Source of the DNA: an uncultured Nitrososphaerota archaeon
GTDB taxonomy: Archaea; Thermoproteota; Nitrososphaeria; Nitrososphaerales; Nitrosopumilaceae
DNA: 64,000 nucleotides
Assembly (NCBI GenBank): GCA_963701075.1
Contig: OY969559.1
Span: forward strand, 1,216,001-1,280,000
Direction of reading: 5' to 3'
This document shows, in pieces, positions 30,318-40,656 of this stretch. The notes under the pieces are model-generated. The model was not told where the DNA came from. It did not search any database and saw nothing but the letters and a program-made list of their open reading frames with translations. A program made the translations under genes and the position numbers. Within the stretch, counting starts at the first letter, position 1, and each line of letters starts with the position of its first letter.

Positions 30318-30776
30318 ATGATGTGGAAAGTAGAGCGAGAAGGATATTATTATAAAATATATGATCAGAGAAAAAACGTAGCTGGCTACTTTGCTCCTGA
30401 ATACGGTGCTATCTATCCAGAAGAAAAAGCAGACGAAGTAATAGAACAAATGCACAAGCGGCATGAAACCGTCAAAAGCGGATATCTTATGATTCCAATG
30501 GTAAAATTTGGAATCTTTGGAGAAGACAGAGAGATGCATTTTGCATACCTGCTAAAACAACTAGATGACATAAAAAAACGCATTACGGTGTGGTCTGATT
30601 TTATTATAAACAACCACATAAGGCATCACAAGATTACGATATCTCACACAGATCATGACATGCTAAGCATTACCTTGGATCTGGTATTTCCGTCACCACT
30701 AGAACTTGAAAAAAATGCCATACAAAATGAGATTGGGAAAATACTGGACTTGATTCAAGCAGATGGTCTACTGTGA
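30318..30776 (+). CDS. Hypothetical protein
   Basis: 152-aa ORF. Confidence 0.65.
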   Translation: MMWKVEREGYYYKIYDQRKNVAGYFAPEYGAIYPEEKADEVIEQMHKRHETVKSGYLMIPMVKFGIFGEDREMHFAYLLKQLDDIKKRITVWSDFIINNHIRHHKITISHTDHDMLSITLDLVFPSPLELEKNAIQNEIGKILDLIQADGLL

Positions 30777-31280
30777 ACTGCCTGATTTTGCATTGTTAAA
30801 AGACTGTAGCGCATTCATCTCGTATTGAAATGAGTCTTGTAGTAGTTGGTCTGATTTTGCTCTAGTTGCATTATCTCCCGTCTGAATCCATTCTTTTAGG
30901 AGGTTGTCACTTTCTAGCTGTGTCTGCGTTGATAGTCTGAAAAGCTGCAATGACGCTACAAAGGGTTCCGGCGGATTCAAACCGTCATACGAGGTTAGTA
31001 TATTTTGCATCTCTGCAATGTGCGCATCTGTTATGTTTAGCATCTGATCCTTTGTTATCTGACCCTTCTCATACATTGTAAGATTGGCGTCAAAACCAAT
31101 GGTTTGATTTTTTAATTCAGACTGGATAAATGCCAAGTTGTCGCCAAATCTTTGTCCTGCCAGATTGGCTTGGTCTAAATAATAATTGAAAGCAATCACT
31201 GCGATTATTATGATAACTCCTATTATGATTGCAATTTGTAAACGTCTTTTGGGATTTGGAGGCTTTGGTATTTTCTTCAC
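30768..31280 (-). CDS. Membrane-anchored helical protein
   Basis: N-terminal TM followed by a helical domain. Confidence 0.7.
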   Translation of the reverse strand: MKKIPKPPNPKRRLQIAIIIGVIIIIAVIAFNYYLDQANLAGQRFGDNLAFIQSELKNQTIGFDANLTMYEKGQITKDQMLNITDAHIAEMQNILTSYDGLNPPEPFVASLQLFRLSTQTQLESDNLLKEWIQTGDNATRAKSDQLLQDSFQYEMNALQSFNNAKSGSSQ

Positions 31281-31337
31281 AAATCGGCTAGATTGTCATG
31301 TGAAATAAATCGTTTGCTGCATCCATCTTCAATTTAT

Positions 31338-31625
31338 CTAATCTATGTAATTTCCTTCTGGGTCAGCTTTTAACTCAATTATCATTACACTACCGCTGAT
31401 GTAGGAATCATTTCTTGTAGTCCTGACGCGACCTATTTCAAGATGGTATGGCCAAACATCTACAACTACGGTTCCAACTTTTACATCGGTTGGCGCATCT
31501 GTGAATTGGATATCTTCTTTTTTTATTCCATACTCTACTAGCTTTTTGATACAGTGATCAAGCAATGGCTGGGGAAGACCGTGATTTATGGCCCAAACGG
31601 TCCCTTCATAATCAATTTTTTCCAA
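31338..31625 (-). CDS. Conserved hypothetical protein
   Basis: 95-aa ORF. Confidence 0.6.
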   Translation of the reverse strand: MEKIDYEGTVWAINHGLPQPLLDHCIKKLVEYGIKKEDIQFTDAPTDVKVGTVVVDVWPYHLEIGRVRTTRNDSYISGSVMIIELKADPEGNYID

Positions 31626-31687
31626 CTAATTATCAGCAAGTTTAGCGTTTTTTTAAAGCTATCTGAATCAGAAAATGTCCGAAATTC

Positions 31688-31924
31688 CTATCCAGAGGTT
31701 GTTACTTTCAAAGTCATAGTGCTCTCAACTCTTGAAATGGTTCGAATCTTGCGAGATACTGTCTGATCAAATTCCTCCGAAGTTGGAGCTTGCAATTCTG
31801 CTATCACATCATATGCGCCAAAAGTCACATGAGCGTTTTTGACTTGAGGTATGAGCTTTAACTCTTCCATAACATACTCTTCTGCACCAATATCGCAATT
31901 TATCAAGACAAACCCCTGCTCCAT
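31688..31924 (-). CDS. Stand-alone Lrp/AsnC ligand-binding (RAM) domain protein
   Basis: FVLINC...VTFGAYDVIAE...IR...V.ST.T. Confidence 0.9.
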   Translation of the reverse strand: MEQGFVLINCDIGAEEYVMEELKLIPQVKNAHVTFGAYDVIAELQAPTSEEFDQTVSRKIRTISRVESTMTLKVTTSG

Positions 31925-32041
31925 ACTTTTCTCAAATATGCAAATTACTTAACTTTGTCTATTCTGCATGCCAGACCAAAAATTGAAAAATATAGTTTTT
32001 GAAATATTGATAAATTCTCTAAAAAGCAGACCGCCAGACAA

Positions 32042-32404
32042 TCAGTGGCGCAACAGATCTAGTACCTTAAACGGGGTTGCAGATAAATCAATTTCTTTTT
32101 CTGCAGACAAGAGAAGCAGATTATCCCTTACAGGAAAACTCATGATTACAACTTTTTCCCTGTACGACATGGCAAAAGAAACTCGTCCTAGCACACTGTC
32201 AAACCCCTGACGCATCTTGGCTCTTGTAACGATGCCACAGTAGAGTGACTCGTCATCCTTTTTATCTCCTATGGGTTTGATGCCGCTCTTCATTCCGCCG
32301 CCTATTAATTTACCATCTTGGTTAATCATGCCGACAAATCTTATCTTGGCATCAATTTCCATTATTTTCTCACAAAGTTTGTTAAAATCACTGCGCGCTA
32401 TCAT
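32042..32404 (-). CDS. Roadblock/profilin-like thaumarchaeal protein (DUF6659-like)
   Basis: IRFVGMINQDGKLIGGG...LG...YREKVVIMSFP. Confidence 0.75.
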   Translation of the reverse strand: MIARSDFNKLCEKIMEIDAKIRFVGMINQDGKLIGGGMKSGIKPIGDKKDDESLYCGIVTRAKMRQGFDSVLGRVSFAMSYREKVVIMSFPVRDNLLLLSAEKEIDLSATPFKVLDLLRH

Positions 32405-32716
32405 TTTGACAGTATTTTACACGGGATTGCTATTAACCTAGTCGATTTTTCAGGTGTTGATGCCTAATGCATTCTCTCTGTCTGGGTATAACACAGTAAA
32501 AACTCGAGATAAAATATTAAAGAAGCCAATGAGGAGATTTTGTCAAAAGATCTAAAAAGCCCACCTTTCAAGCGTAATCAGCGATTTCTTTCATGACCTT
32601 TTTGATTGTCACAAGTCATAATCGCAACTCTTCAATTAATCATTTTGGTTATTTCATACTAATCTAAAGATTATGGCAGATTCGAATCCAGTATGACAAG
32701 GGATTGTATTCTCATT

Positions 32717-33118
32717 TTACTTCATTATGCAGACCATCTTGTTAATTGTGCTGACCACGTCATTAATCTCGATTGGTTTCTTAAGAATGGCGTTAACCAA
32801 ATTATCTAATCCTTCTTTCTCAATATATGACCCAGACGCCAAGACTATTTTTGCATGAGGATCAAACTCTTTAATCTTCTCTGCACCATAGAGCCCATCG
32901 TATTGAGGCATGATATAATCAATAAACACAATGTCTGGATTATGAAGTTTATACAATTCCAGCGCATCTTTGCCGTTGGAACCAATTCCTAAAATATTAA
33001 TTTCATTCATTTTGAGCAATTCTACAAAGAGGTCTCGTACATCTACATCATCATCTATTACAATGGCATTCGCGCTTGAGTCAGCCCTGTTTGTTTGTAA
33101 TTGACCATCTATTTTCAT
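32717..33118 (-). CDS. Stand-alone response regulator receiver
   Basis: IDDD, FIDYIMPQYDG, KKP. Confidence 0.9.
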   Translation of the reverse strand: MKIDGQLQTNRADSSANAIVIDDDVDVRDLFVELLKMNEINILGIGSNGKDALELYKLHNPDIVFIDYIMPQYDGLYGAEKIKEFDPHAKIVLASGSYIEKEGLDNLVNAILKKPIEINDVVSTINKMVCIMK

Positions 33119-33207
33119 GATAATGTGCAGTAATGATTTATAAAATATAGTAGCTTGTACGGGACTGACAAGCTACCTAAAGCCACGCATTAACAAACCT
33201 GTTTATT

Positions 33208-34263
33208 CTATGCCATATTTTTTGGAAGATTTATTGTGAAAACGGTAGGTGGCGATTTTACTGTGATTGTGCCACCATGCTGTTCTATGACATTTTTACA
33301 TATTGAAAGTCCTAGTCCTGTTCCCGTAAGTTTTGTTGTAAATAACGGTTCAAACAGTTTGGAAATAATATTGGATGGGATTCCAGGGCCGGTATCTTCA
33401 AATTCGATTTTCATACTGGAACCAATGTCATTTACCCGTATCTTTATCTCGCCTTTCTCATCCATAGCTTGTATTGAATTCATTATCAGATTGGAAAACA
33501 CTGCTTCCATTTTTCTTGACTCGCAATTGATTGGTATGTCTTTTGGCGGTTTACTTATTATCACATTTGACGGAATAATTAGTCCGTTAACCGCACCTTC
33601 CATAACTGAAAATAGCGTCGTTGGCTGTAATACCAAGTCAGTTTTTTTCACAAATTCTAAAACGTCATCAATCTGGTGTGACATACGTTGAACCGCTCTC
33701 TGAAACCGTGCAGTGTACTGTAGCCGTTCCTCAATTCTCAGATTAGGTTTGGCAGACATTATATCCATGGTATTTTTGATAACCGAGAGCGGATTTCTCA
33801 AGTCATGAGCCAATCTTGCCGCAAGTTCTCCCACTACGGCAAACTTTTCTGCTTTGACTAGATCCTTTGTTGTCGCATCTAACTGTCTTGCCAGTAAATC
33901 ACGCTGCAATGATAATTCTTTTTCTTTTTCGAGAACTTTTTTTAATTTATCTTGTAGTTCTAAACTTATTTGATGGTTGTAATTCTTCTGCCTCTCAAGT
34001 TCTTGGTTGGCTCTTTTTAGCTCATCATTTTTAACATTTACTGACATACTAAGATCCTGTAACGATTTAACCCTATTTTGCAGGTCTTGATTAATCTTGG
34101 ATACCTCTCTTAATTTTACTATAGACTCGGAGGTAAGATGATTGAGGTGTTTCTCTTTCTCTTGAAGTTCACGCTCAGCTATGCCTAGTTCATCAAGTTC
34201 CTTTTCTACCAGATTCCCTCCTGTTATCATTTTTTGTGGGCTTTCCTTTGTCTGTGAACTCAT
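33208..34263 (-). CDS. Cytoplasmic coiled-coil histidine kinase
   Basis: AHDLRNPL, NLIMNS, DTGPGI, GTGLGL; no TM segment. Confidence 0.9.
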   Translation of the reverse strand: MSSQTKESPQKMITGGNLVEKELDELGIAERELQEKEKHLNHLTSESIVKLREVSKINQDLQNRVKSLQDLSMSVNVKNDELKRANQELERQKNYNHQISLELQDKLKKVLEKEKELSLQRDLLARQLDATTKDLVKAEKFAVVGELAARLAHDLRNPLSVIKNTMDIMSAKPNLRIEERLQYTARFQRAVQRMSHQIDDVLEFVKKTDLVLQPTTLFSVMEGAVNGLIIPSNVIISKPPKDIPINCESRKMEAVFSNLIMNSIQAMDEKGEIKIRVNDIGSSMKIEFEDTGPGIPSNIISKLFEPLFTTKLTGTGLGLSICKNVIEQHGGTITVKSPPTVFTINLPKNMA

Positions 34264-34393
34264 TGCTTTTTCTTTATGGATAACAATTTAACATCTAGTT
34301 GTGTGATTAAAACAGACAAACTTGCTTTGAAAGTAGGTTGAAGAACTTCTATTGTCCAAAATGTCTTTTTATTCAACAATGTCCATTCTTGTA

Positions 34394-34522
34394 ATGTTGA
34401 AATTTAAGAAATGTCCTTGCAAATGCGGGTGCTCAAGGCAAATTACTAATCCATATTATGAAATGTGTATCTTCTGTATGTTTGGCACTCATTTAAGAGA
34501 GCCTAATGATTCATCACGATGA
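34394..34522 (+). CDS. Small Cys-rich protein (42 aa, not in ORF track)
   Basis: MLKFKKCPCKCGCSRQITNPYYEMCIFCMFGTHLREPNDSSR. Confidence 0.55.
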   Translation: MLKFKKCPCKCGCSRQITNPYYEMCIFCMFGTHLREPNDSSR

Positions 34523-34664
34523 AACTAAATCTCTTAACTAGTGATCCTTTTGTGCCTGAAAAATTTGTCACAACTAGAGTAAAGAAGAGATTGTCTCATA
34601 TTTTGTGCATTATGAACAAGCAATAGTTAATCGCTGATAATTTTTCTATATTTACAGGTAAAAA

Positions 34665-35108
34665 ATGTCTCTTAAGATACTGATTGCAGAAGATTACAAA
34701 GATCTTGCAGATTCGTATCGCATGATATTTGAGGCAAGAGGTCATGAAGTGATGATAACAAACAATGGCTTGGAGTGTCAGAGCATATACAAACAATACA
34801 CAAAGCAATCTGATGGAAAAATTAAACCGTATTTTGATGTAGTCATACTGGACCAAAAAATGCTAGGAATGGACGGAATTGAGACTGCAAAAGCGATACA
34901 AAGAGTAATTCCTAAACAAAAAATAATCTTCGTAACAGGCTATGGTAAGGAAGTATTACAAAAACTTCCACAACTTTCTGAGAACGCATTAGTGATGAAT
35001 AAACCCTTTACAGTGCAAGCATTACTTACAGAGGTTGAAGGATTTGCAGTTACTAAATTTCGCGAAATGGTAAAAAACCGCCAGTTAACAACTAACCTTA
35101 ATTATTAA
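34665..35108 (+). CDS. Response regulator receiver
   Basis: LIAED, ILDQKM..MDG, VTG, KPF. Confidence 0.9.
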   Translation: MSLKILIAEDYKDLADSYRMIFEARGHEVMITNNGLECQSIYKQYTKQSDGKIKPYFDVVILDQKMLGMDGIETAKAIQRVIPKQKIIFVTGYGKEVLQKLPQLSENALVMNKPFTVQALLTEVEGFAVTKFREMVKNRQLTTNLNY

Positions 35109-35178
35109 AAACTGTCCCTGTCTTTCTTGCTTCAATTAGGCGTATTACTGTCTGTTGGGATTTAGGTATTATTAGTCA

Positions 35179-35253
35179 AGCCAATGAGGGGATTTGGACC
35201 CCCGACCTTCTGATTACAAGTCAGATGCTCTAGCCAGGCTGAGCTACATTGGC
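35179..35253 (-). tRNA. tRNA-Thr(UGU)
   Basis: Acceptor GCCAATG/CATTGGC, D-arm TAGCTCAGCCTGG, anticodon loop CTTGTAA. Confidence 0.95.
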
Positions 35254-35454
35254 GCTAGGTAATGGCATTTGGAGGGTGGTTTAAAATGTTATTGCGCTAT
35301 GCAACGACGCTCAGTGTCCTGTTAATTTTTGGGGCTGCTAAACGCATTCATTTGTCTGAAAACCTGTCTTGTAAAAAATTATTTTATGTTGTAAAGCAAT
35401 CATGGGACCATCAAAAGGAAACGGCTAATTATAATACAATTTCAAATCAAAAAA

Positions 35455-35913
35455 ATGAAAAAAGAAAACTTCAACAAGATAAAGCCTGACAAGTCTCTTC
35501 TGGCTTCAAAAAGGAGATATTTTCTAGGAAACGTCATTTTACATGATATCTCAAAAAACATAGGTGTCACGGATCACAAAGTATACTATGCAGCCTTCAA
35601 AAACGGTGCAAGAACTAAGGTTCATTATCATGAAGGGGGACAAACACTAGTCGTAACCCAAGGTACGGGCGTTCTAGTCTTGTTCAAGGGTTCGATTCAA
35701 GGTAAAAGCGTTAGAATCAAGCAGGACGATAAACTTGTCTTGAAGACTGGTGATACAGTTTACATTCCAAAAAATACACTTCATTGGCATGGTGCAATAG
35801 CAAACAAAAGTTTTGGACATGTTGCATTTAACACATTTTCAGCCAAAAAAAAGGAAGCAAGAACCATTTGGTACGATTCTGATTTTAAGACCCATGCAAT
35901 AAAAATCTCATAG
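35455..35913 (+). CDS. Cupin domain protein
   Basis: HYHEGGQTL...GD.VYIP....HWHGA. Confidence 0.9.
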   Translation: MKKENFNKIKPDKSLLASKRRYFLGNVILHDISKNIGVTDHKVYYAAFKNGARTKVHYHEGGQTLVVTQGTGVLVLFKGSIQGKSVRIKQDDKLVLKTGDTVYIPKNTLHWHGAIANKSFGHVAFNTFSAKKKEARTIWYDSDFKTHAIKIS

Positions 35914-35929
35914 ATGCTTTTTGACTATG

Positions 35930-36811
35930 TCATGTGTTGTAGGCAGAAGCCGTAAGTACAGTCCATGGGAAAATTATCTTTCCATCTTTTATGTAGCGTT
36001 CGGCGTTTTTCCGTGAATCATTTTTTATCTTATCTGTAATGTTGTCTCCCATGCTCTCAATTTTAGGCCTGATAGAATTTGCAGTTGAATGCATGTAATC
36101 GTGCCAGTATTCATCAAAAGTTCCTGCTTCGTAGCTAAAAACATGTCTTGTTATAGATACGTCAGAAAATCCTGTACTCTCAAGCTCTTTTTTCAAGTCA
36201 TCGCCATTGCCAAATCTGTGTACCGTTGGCGTGTCTTTTGGTCTGATGTCTGGTATGTGCCTCAGAATGGAAGACATTATGCTACTAAAATATGGAACTT
36301 CTTCTGCTAATCCATGAACTGCAAAAACAATTTTTCCGTCATGTTTTAAAATTTTTCTAACTGTTTTTAATACTCTTGCAGTGTTTGGAAAAAACATGAG
36401 TCCATACTGACATAATATTTTATCAAATGTAAAGTTAAATCCCAGATTTTCTGCATCCATTTCAAAAAAATCCACATTAGGTCCATGTATAGTCTTCTTT
36501 GCAATGGTAAGAGCTGTTCTTGACATGTCTATTCCAACCAGTAGGCCTGTCTTGCCAAGATGACGAAATACCTCAGCTGAAACAGCGCCTGTTCCACATG
36601 CAAGGTCCAATACCTTGTCTGACGAGTTTATTTCTGCCAGATTGACTACCTTTGCAGTAGACTTGAACGGGCCTTCATGTTTGTTGGCCCAGTTGTAATG
36701 GTAATCTGGAGCTACAACATTCCAGTTGGCCTTTGAATTAATCTTGTATTCTGTAGGATCAAAAAGCGGTACCATGACAGCCTTCTGGTCAAGGCTTATT
36801 TGTATTGTCAA
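35930..36811 (-). CDS. Class I SAM-dependent methyltransferase (UbiE-like)
   Basis: VLDLACGTG, GIDMS, MDAE, CQYGLMFFP; true start probably ~36776. Confidence 0.9.
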   Translation of the reverse strand: MTIQISLDQKAVMVPLFDPTEYKINSKANWNVVAPDYHYNWANKHEGPFKSTAKVVNLAEINSSDKVLDLACGTGAVSAEVFRHLGKTGLLVGIDMSRTALTIAKKTIHGPNVDFFEMDAENLGFNFTFDKILCQYGLMFFPNTARVLKTVRKILKHDGKIVFAVHGLAEEVPYFSSIMSSILRHIPDIRPKDTPTVHRFGNGDDLKKELESTGFSDVSITRHVFSYEAGTFDEYWHDYMHSTANSIRPKIESMGDNITDKIKNDSRKNAERYIKDGKIIFPWTVLTASAYNT

Positions 36812-36869
36812 GTCAAGCGATGGGATTTGTCTCCCAATAACTTGACAGCACCTTTAAATTAATTATCTC

Positions 36870-37142
36870 TTGACGGATTTCATGCCTACTTTTTTGGTTA
36901 ACGTGATAATCGAGAATAAACCGGAAATAGTCGACCCAGAGGGTGATACCATTCTAAATGATCTCATTTTGAAAGACAAAAAGACCTCTGTTAAGAAGAT
37001 CCGTTCTGCCAAGATGCTAAGGTTTCAGATAGAGGCAAAGAACAAAGATCTGGCCGAGAAGACTGTTATGGATTTGTGCAATGAATTTAGAATATATAAT
37101 CCTCTAGTAAGCAAAGTATCAGTTCAGACCATTAATGCCTAA
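36870..37142 (+). CDS. purS: FGAM synthase subunit PurS
   Basis: KPEIVDPEG...NPLV. Confidence 0.9.
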   Translation: MTDFMPTFLVNVIIENKPEIVDPEGDTILNDLILKDKKTSVKKIRSAKMLRFQIEAKNKDLAEKTVMDLCNEFRIYNPLVSKVSVQTINA

Positions 37143-37591
37143 CTGCTTTTTACGACTTTTCTGTTCAGCGCAGTCACATCTTCCATGGCTCCATCTATGA
37201 GAAGTTTGCTGCGAAGATATTTTGCCAAGTCTGTCTCTGTTATGATGCCTACCAATTTTCCATCAGCCAAAACAAGCAGCCTTCGTATGTTCTTGTTTGT
37301 CATTTTCTGTACTGCGTCCTCAATAGGCGTCATTGGTTCCACCCATCTAAAGTTTGGAGACATTATCTCCGAGATTGGAACATCAGAACTTTTTTTGTCT
37401 GTAGTTGAAACCTTGTGAGCAAGATCTCTTTCTGTTACCAATCCTATGGGGGTTCCTTCCTTTACCACCACTAGTGAACTGATGTTTTTTTCTGCCATTA
37501 GTACTGCCACATCTTTTGCCGTCTTGTTATGTTCGATCGTAATGACATTGTTGACCATGATGTCTCGAACTAGACCCATAGCTAGTACCAA
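37139..37591 (-). CDS. CBS-pair domain protein
   Basis: VRDIM, GLVTERD, IRRLLV, GIITETD. Confidence 0.95.
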   Translation of the reverse strand: MVLAMGLVRDIMVNNVITIEHNKTAKDVAVLMAEKNISSLVVVKEGTPIGLVTERDLAHKVSTTDKKSSDVPISEIMSPNFRWVEPMTPIEDAVQKMTNKNIRRLLVLADGKLVGIITETDLAKYLRSKLLIDGAMEDVTALNRKVVKSS

Positions 37592-37888
37592 AGGGCATTA
37601 GAATAAAAACGATTTGTTGCAGTTTAGCTACAAAATTAATCAATTATTGCAAAAATCAAGACAAATTATATTTCACGCATAATAAAGTCTCAATTTAGTT
37701 TGCAGTTAGTTGCTTAGTATACACCCTTCTTAATTATGTGAACCGCATAGTTTCTCGCAAGAGGCTGCAAAGCTATGAATTCCTACCAAGGTCATGCTTT
37801 GCAGTTTCCTATGGTATCTTGTAGTACCACAATATCTTGGTTACACGATATGCTTTTTCTCAAAAAACAAGAGAAACAATTTTCATAA

Positions 37889-38518
37889 CTATGTGGAAAA
37901 AGCATCAGAATACCATCTTCTTCTTCTACGTTCGTGCTCTATCATGGCCTTTGTCACAAGTAATCCTGTGAGAAATCCTCCAACGTGGGCCATGAATGCT
38001 ATGGTAATTGACGCAAACGAGCCTATGAAGACGTACAAAATTTGGATGGCAAGCCAATAATATCCTCGTATATCTCCCATTGCAGCTGATATTCCTAAAA
38101 CTCCGGAGATTGCGCCTGATGCCCCAATCAAAATGCTATTGCCATTTAGTAGTATGTAGGATGCTACAACTCCATGAAGCAATGCTCCTCCAAGTCCTGC
38201 TAGTATGTAGAGTGCAATGAATCGAGGAATGCCAATTGATCTCTCGGCAGAGCCTCCCATGTATGCCAACGCAAAGAGATTGAATGCAATGTGTGCAATG
38301 TTTGCGTGAATGAACATTGACGTAAATAATCTCATGAGACTGTCAGACAACGGAGCACTGTTGTCACGGAATAATTCGTCTGGAACAAATCCATAGTGCA
38401 CGATGATCTCCTGTTGTGAATGGCTGAGCACGCCATATGCAAAGATCAAGGCATTTATGATAATTAATGCAGTAGTTACAGGAGCGGGGCGTCCTATCAT
38501 CCTTAGCATACTTGACAT
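37889..38518 (-). CDS. Rhomboid intramembrane serine protease
   Basis: FIH...HIAFN, GASG, AHVGG. Confidence 0.95.
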   Translation of the reverse strand: MSSMLRMIGRPAPVTTALIIINALIFAYGVLSHSQQEIIVHYGFVPDELFRDNSAPLSDSLMRLFTSMFIHANIAHIAFNLFALAYMGGSAERSIGIPRFIALYILAGLGGALLHGVVASYILLNGNSILIGASGAISGVLGISAAMGDIRGYYWLAIQILYVFIGSFASITIAFMAHVGGFLTGLLVTKAMIEHERRRRRWYSDAFST

Positions 38519-38752
38519 ACATTAGCGGCATTTGTTGCATAATAAATTGGGTTCTGTTAATCTTGCGTATGATTAATTGTCATGCCATGAAATGCTCAAA
38601 TGCAATATGCTATCGCCTTGGTTTCTTTGGTATCATACTTTCCTAATTGGCTTTCTAGTAGAGAAATAGTAGATCACAGATAGGCATTACTACAATTTGA
38701 TAAACAAGACCCTAAAGCAATATTGCAGTTGAATCTTTTTTAAATAATGTAT

Positions 38753-39430
38753 CTAAGAATTCCAAGACTCGTTTAGATATCCTGGAACTAGTGAGGGAGT
38801 AAGCCTAATGGTACTGAAATACACGCTGGCTGGGAAGATCTTGTAAGTGCCATTGAACTGCATCAGTGACAAGAGAGAGTCTGACTTGCCGGATATCTGG
38901 CTGCCAAATCCCATGTTTGCAGGATTGCAGGCTTGGTTGATGGCCTTGTGAGAATCAACGATATTAATGGTGCAGGTTCCTGTATTATCATTCCAACTTG
39001 TTACATCTCCAAGATATAGTGTATAGTTGTCATAGTATAGTGGAGGGGCTGTAGCCTGTTTTCCAAGTGGAGGATTTACCGTATATTCAACATAACTAAG
39101 AGCATCACTGTACAAACTCTTTGAGGCTTGCACTTCTATCACATATTCACCTACATGTAACTTTGATGGGAGATTTATCGTAAAGCTTCCTTGCCCGTCT
39201 GTTTGCACCCCAGTTTGCTTTGATGATATTGTAACGGTTACAGTTGCATTAGTGACCGCAATACCGTTCATGTCTGTAACTGAGCCCGATATGACAGGTG
39301 CGGCTTTTATCAATGTCGGGGTTATCACAGGCTGTACGGCAAGAAACAGCGTTGGTTGCTGGTCTGAATGTGCAAATTGTGTAAAAGCCAGTATAATCAA
39401 AAATCCAAGAAGAGATGCTGCAATCTTCAT
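38753..39430 (-). CDS. Secreted protein with Ig-like/carboxypeptidase-regulatory-like domain
   Basis: Signal peptide, ISGSVTD.NG..V.NATV, TDGQGSF. Confidence 0.7.
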   Translation of the reverse strand: MKIAASLLGFLIILAFTQFAHSDQQPTLFLAVQPVITPTLIKAAPVISGSVTDMNGIAVTNATVTVTISSKQTGVQTDGQGSFTINLPSKLHVGEYVIEVQASKSLYSDALSYVEYTVNPPLGKQATAPPLYYDNYTLYLGDVTSWNDNTGTCTINIVDSHKAINQACNPANMGFGSQISGKSDSLLSLMQFNGTYKIFPASVYFSTIRLTPSLVPGYLNESWNS

Positions 39431-39741
39431 TTATGAAATCTTTTACTATGTCTAGTAAAGATCCTAAATTTAATAATCCGATCTATTTGGTCTAATATTT
39501 GATCTACTGATTCTACGAACATCTCATGTGTGCACTTGAGAGACGTATTTGGCCTGCCAACTCATGAGCCAATTAGGAATATTCTAAAGGCTATGCCCTG
39601 GGGGAGAGCATACAATATCAATCAAATTATTAATTCTGAAATGATTGTTGCTGCAGTTTTTGTTTTATTGTTTTTACGATGCAACACATCCTATTGCAGT
39701 GTAACCTAATTTTTTAAATGAAATCATGACACAATTACATC

Positions 39742-39948
39742 ATGACAAAGATACACACAAGTCTTTTTGTTGGGATGCTTGTCTTACTTGCCATTGCGTC
39801 TGTAGCACCAAATGCCTTTGCAATAGCATATACCGATGCCGATAATCCTACTGGGCCGCTTCAAGGCATGGCATGGGGAGTTGGACTGGGCGTTGCTGGG
39901 TTACTGGCAGGTGTTGGGATCTTTACAACAAGAAGGCGTCACCATTAA
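39742..39948 (+). CDS. Small secreted/membrane protein
   Basis: Signal peptide (AFA), C-terminal TM and basic tail. Confidence 0.65.
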   Translation: MTKIHTSLFVGMLVLLAIASVAPNAFAIAYTDADNPTGPLQGMAWGVGLGVAGLLAGVGIFTTRRRHH

Positions 39949-40046
39949 TTTTGCCCTTTTTTGATTATAAATCACATTTCCTGGCATGTTTTATTATTGG
40001 TGATTTTGTAATGTAACCTCTGACTTGCATTGTTAAACAACTCCAC

Positions 40047-40232
40047 TCACGCTAGAATTTGACTCACTCCCATCGCACATACCGCAAGCAGCATAAACCA
40101 TGATGCCAGAGCAAAAATTGTTAGGGATGAAATGAATAGTTCTGAATCGTGCGTTACAACAGCCCCGTATGTTATAGCCAACAGTATGACAAGCGAAGAA
40201 AATGACAGGACCCAATTGTTTATTTTTTCCAT
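40047..40232 (-). CDS. Small two-TM protein
   Basis: 61-aa hydrophobic ORF. Confidence 0.55.
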   Translation of the reverse strand: MEKINNWVLSFSSLVILLAITYGAVVTHDSELFISSLTIFALASWFMLLAVCAMGVSQILA

Positions 40233-40278
40233 TAGAATTTCAAATCATGTCCTTTTTGCATTGTAACTGTCACTGTAC

Positions 40279-40443
40279 TCACGATCTTTCGTAATGTGAT
40301 TTTTTATTTATTTTCAATCTAATATTTTCAATGACTGGGTCCAGCAATATTATTCCAATGACCCCACATGTAAGCACGGCTGATCCTATTCCTAAATAAA
40401 CAAAGACACTGACTACAGATTCACCCATTGCCTGACCAAACAT
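40279..40443 (-). CDS. Small single-TM protein (54 aa, not in ORF track)
   Basis: MFGQAMGESVVSVFVYLGIGSAVLTCGVIGIILLDPVIENIRLKINKKSHYERS. Confidence 0.5.
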   Translation of the reverse strand: MFGQAMGESVVSVFVYLGIGSAVLTCGVIGIILLDPVIENIRLKINKKSHYERS

Positions 40444-40656
40444 ATTTCTCTAAATTTAATTTCAACCCATTTTTTTTATATCTAGATTAACAATGTTAAT
40501 CATCTTATAAATATGCAATCAAGGGAATTTCAGATCTTGCAAGATATGATACAGGAACCGCGGTGTTGCCAGTAATTTGTGGTTTAACGCAAAGTTTGGG
40601 ATGATCGTATTCCAAGAGATGAGCCCGATTCGATTTAATATTGCTGGCAAGTAAGG

